Shown piece by piece: positions 63,051-64,000 of a stretch of 64,000 nucleotides of DNA. How positions within the stretch are numbered: position 1 is the stretch's first letter; each line of letters starts with the position of its first letter. This DNA is from Chiloscyllium plagiosum. Lineage: Eukaryota. The notes beneath the pieces were generated by a model. That model did no database searches and was not told where the DNA came from. It was given only the letters and a program-made list of their open reading frames with translations. The stretch is from contig NC_057720.1 in NCBI RefSeq assembly GCF_004010195.1, positions 21,817,696 through 21,881,695 on the forward strand, in the 5' to 3' direction. The position numbers and the translations under genes are program-made.

Positions 63051-64000
63051 CTGTTATAAGTGTGTGAGTTTGTATCAGTTTATTGCATCTATATGCCACT
63101 TTTTAAAATGTTTATTAAAATGCTTTAAATTCTCATGTCACACATTGTACAATGTCATTATGTGTAAATAGACATTTAGTATTGCAGTTTAGGACTGTTG
63201 ACTGATTCTGTGGTATGACATTTACACAAGGTATTAGAAGTAGTGAAAATGGGTCAATATTAATCTGCTATCTAAGCAACTGGAGTGTGAATTTATACAT
63301 TTATTGATTCTTATTATCCAATTGACAGTCTGAACTTCCATAAACGCACTGACATTTGACTCAAACTATAAAAATACACTCCTCCAGTGATCCAGTGAAG
63401 CATTGAAGAATTGGTTCAATCCCGAGATTGTGAACACATCACTGATCTCAGTCAAGCTCTTGAATGGGTTATGAAAAAGACTGCTGTGTGCTTGGGCTAG
63501 GCAGAGGGAAAATAAATACTTAGTGATTCCTGTTGGAAATTTACATGACACGCAAAGGGCTGAAATGTCACCAGCTCTCTGGGGAAGGTCTGGGATGTGG
63601 AGGTGTCCACAAAATGGCAAAGGATGGTGAGGGGAGTAGACTGTCTGTCATCTTTGCACTGCAGTGCTATCTTCTCAGCAGTGGGGAACTCTCCAGCCTC
63701 CAAACCAATGAGCTACTTAACTAGCCAACTGATGGTCTCTCCCTACTGCCACTGACATTTGACCAGGGACAGCTGCTGCATGGGGAAATCACCTAGCAAG
63801 CGTGGTATGGAGTTGGGCATCCATTTCAGGCACTTTTTGGCTCAGCAGGCCATATACCAACAACGAACCCATCTCTCGGTTTCCATGGACTCCACTTGGG
63901 TGGGAAGGTGACCATCTGCAGTTTTCTGTTCTCCCAGGTGCAGTTCCAGCAGCGACCACCAATCCCAGTGGTGGTGGTGCTGCTGAGTTTGCAGAGCTGC

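Noticed and set aside
22600..64000. A second host gene, such as the 3' exons of DPYD, the human neighbour
   Set aside because: I recognised no cellular exons; every interpretable ORF is transposon-derived. Small exons could have been missed.

Overview
Eukaryotic genomic DNA, most likely from a shark: the repeats look like HE1/V-SINEs, SacSINE1-type DeuSINEs and their CR1 partners. The first ~20 kb holds the 3' half of PTBP2 (nPTB) on the + strand. Seven coding exons splice into one frame covering the linker, RRM3, RRM4 and the stop at 18827-18829. They include the 34-nt NMD-switch exon 10, which has a ~350-nt AG-exclusion zone and Rbfox motifs. The last exon has a NAGNAG acceptor, and the 3'UTR carries miR-133 and miR-124 sites. 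The rest is repeat-rich intergenic DNA: many CR1 LINEs, a full-length decayed L1, a Rex1/Babar LINE, and a deleted Gypsy (Gmr1/SCAN-like gag) LTR element inside a five-level nested insertion stack. Penelope-like termini carrying hammerhead-ribozyme relics occur both in PTBP2 introns and downstream. The most intriguing observation is an exon-10-like segment at 11738-11819, in phase and directly after a CAG acceptor, which may be a duplicated alternative to the poison-switch exon. Exon numbering follows human PTBP2. Repeat boundaries are approximate and family names are from recognition, not database searches.
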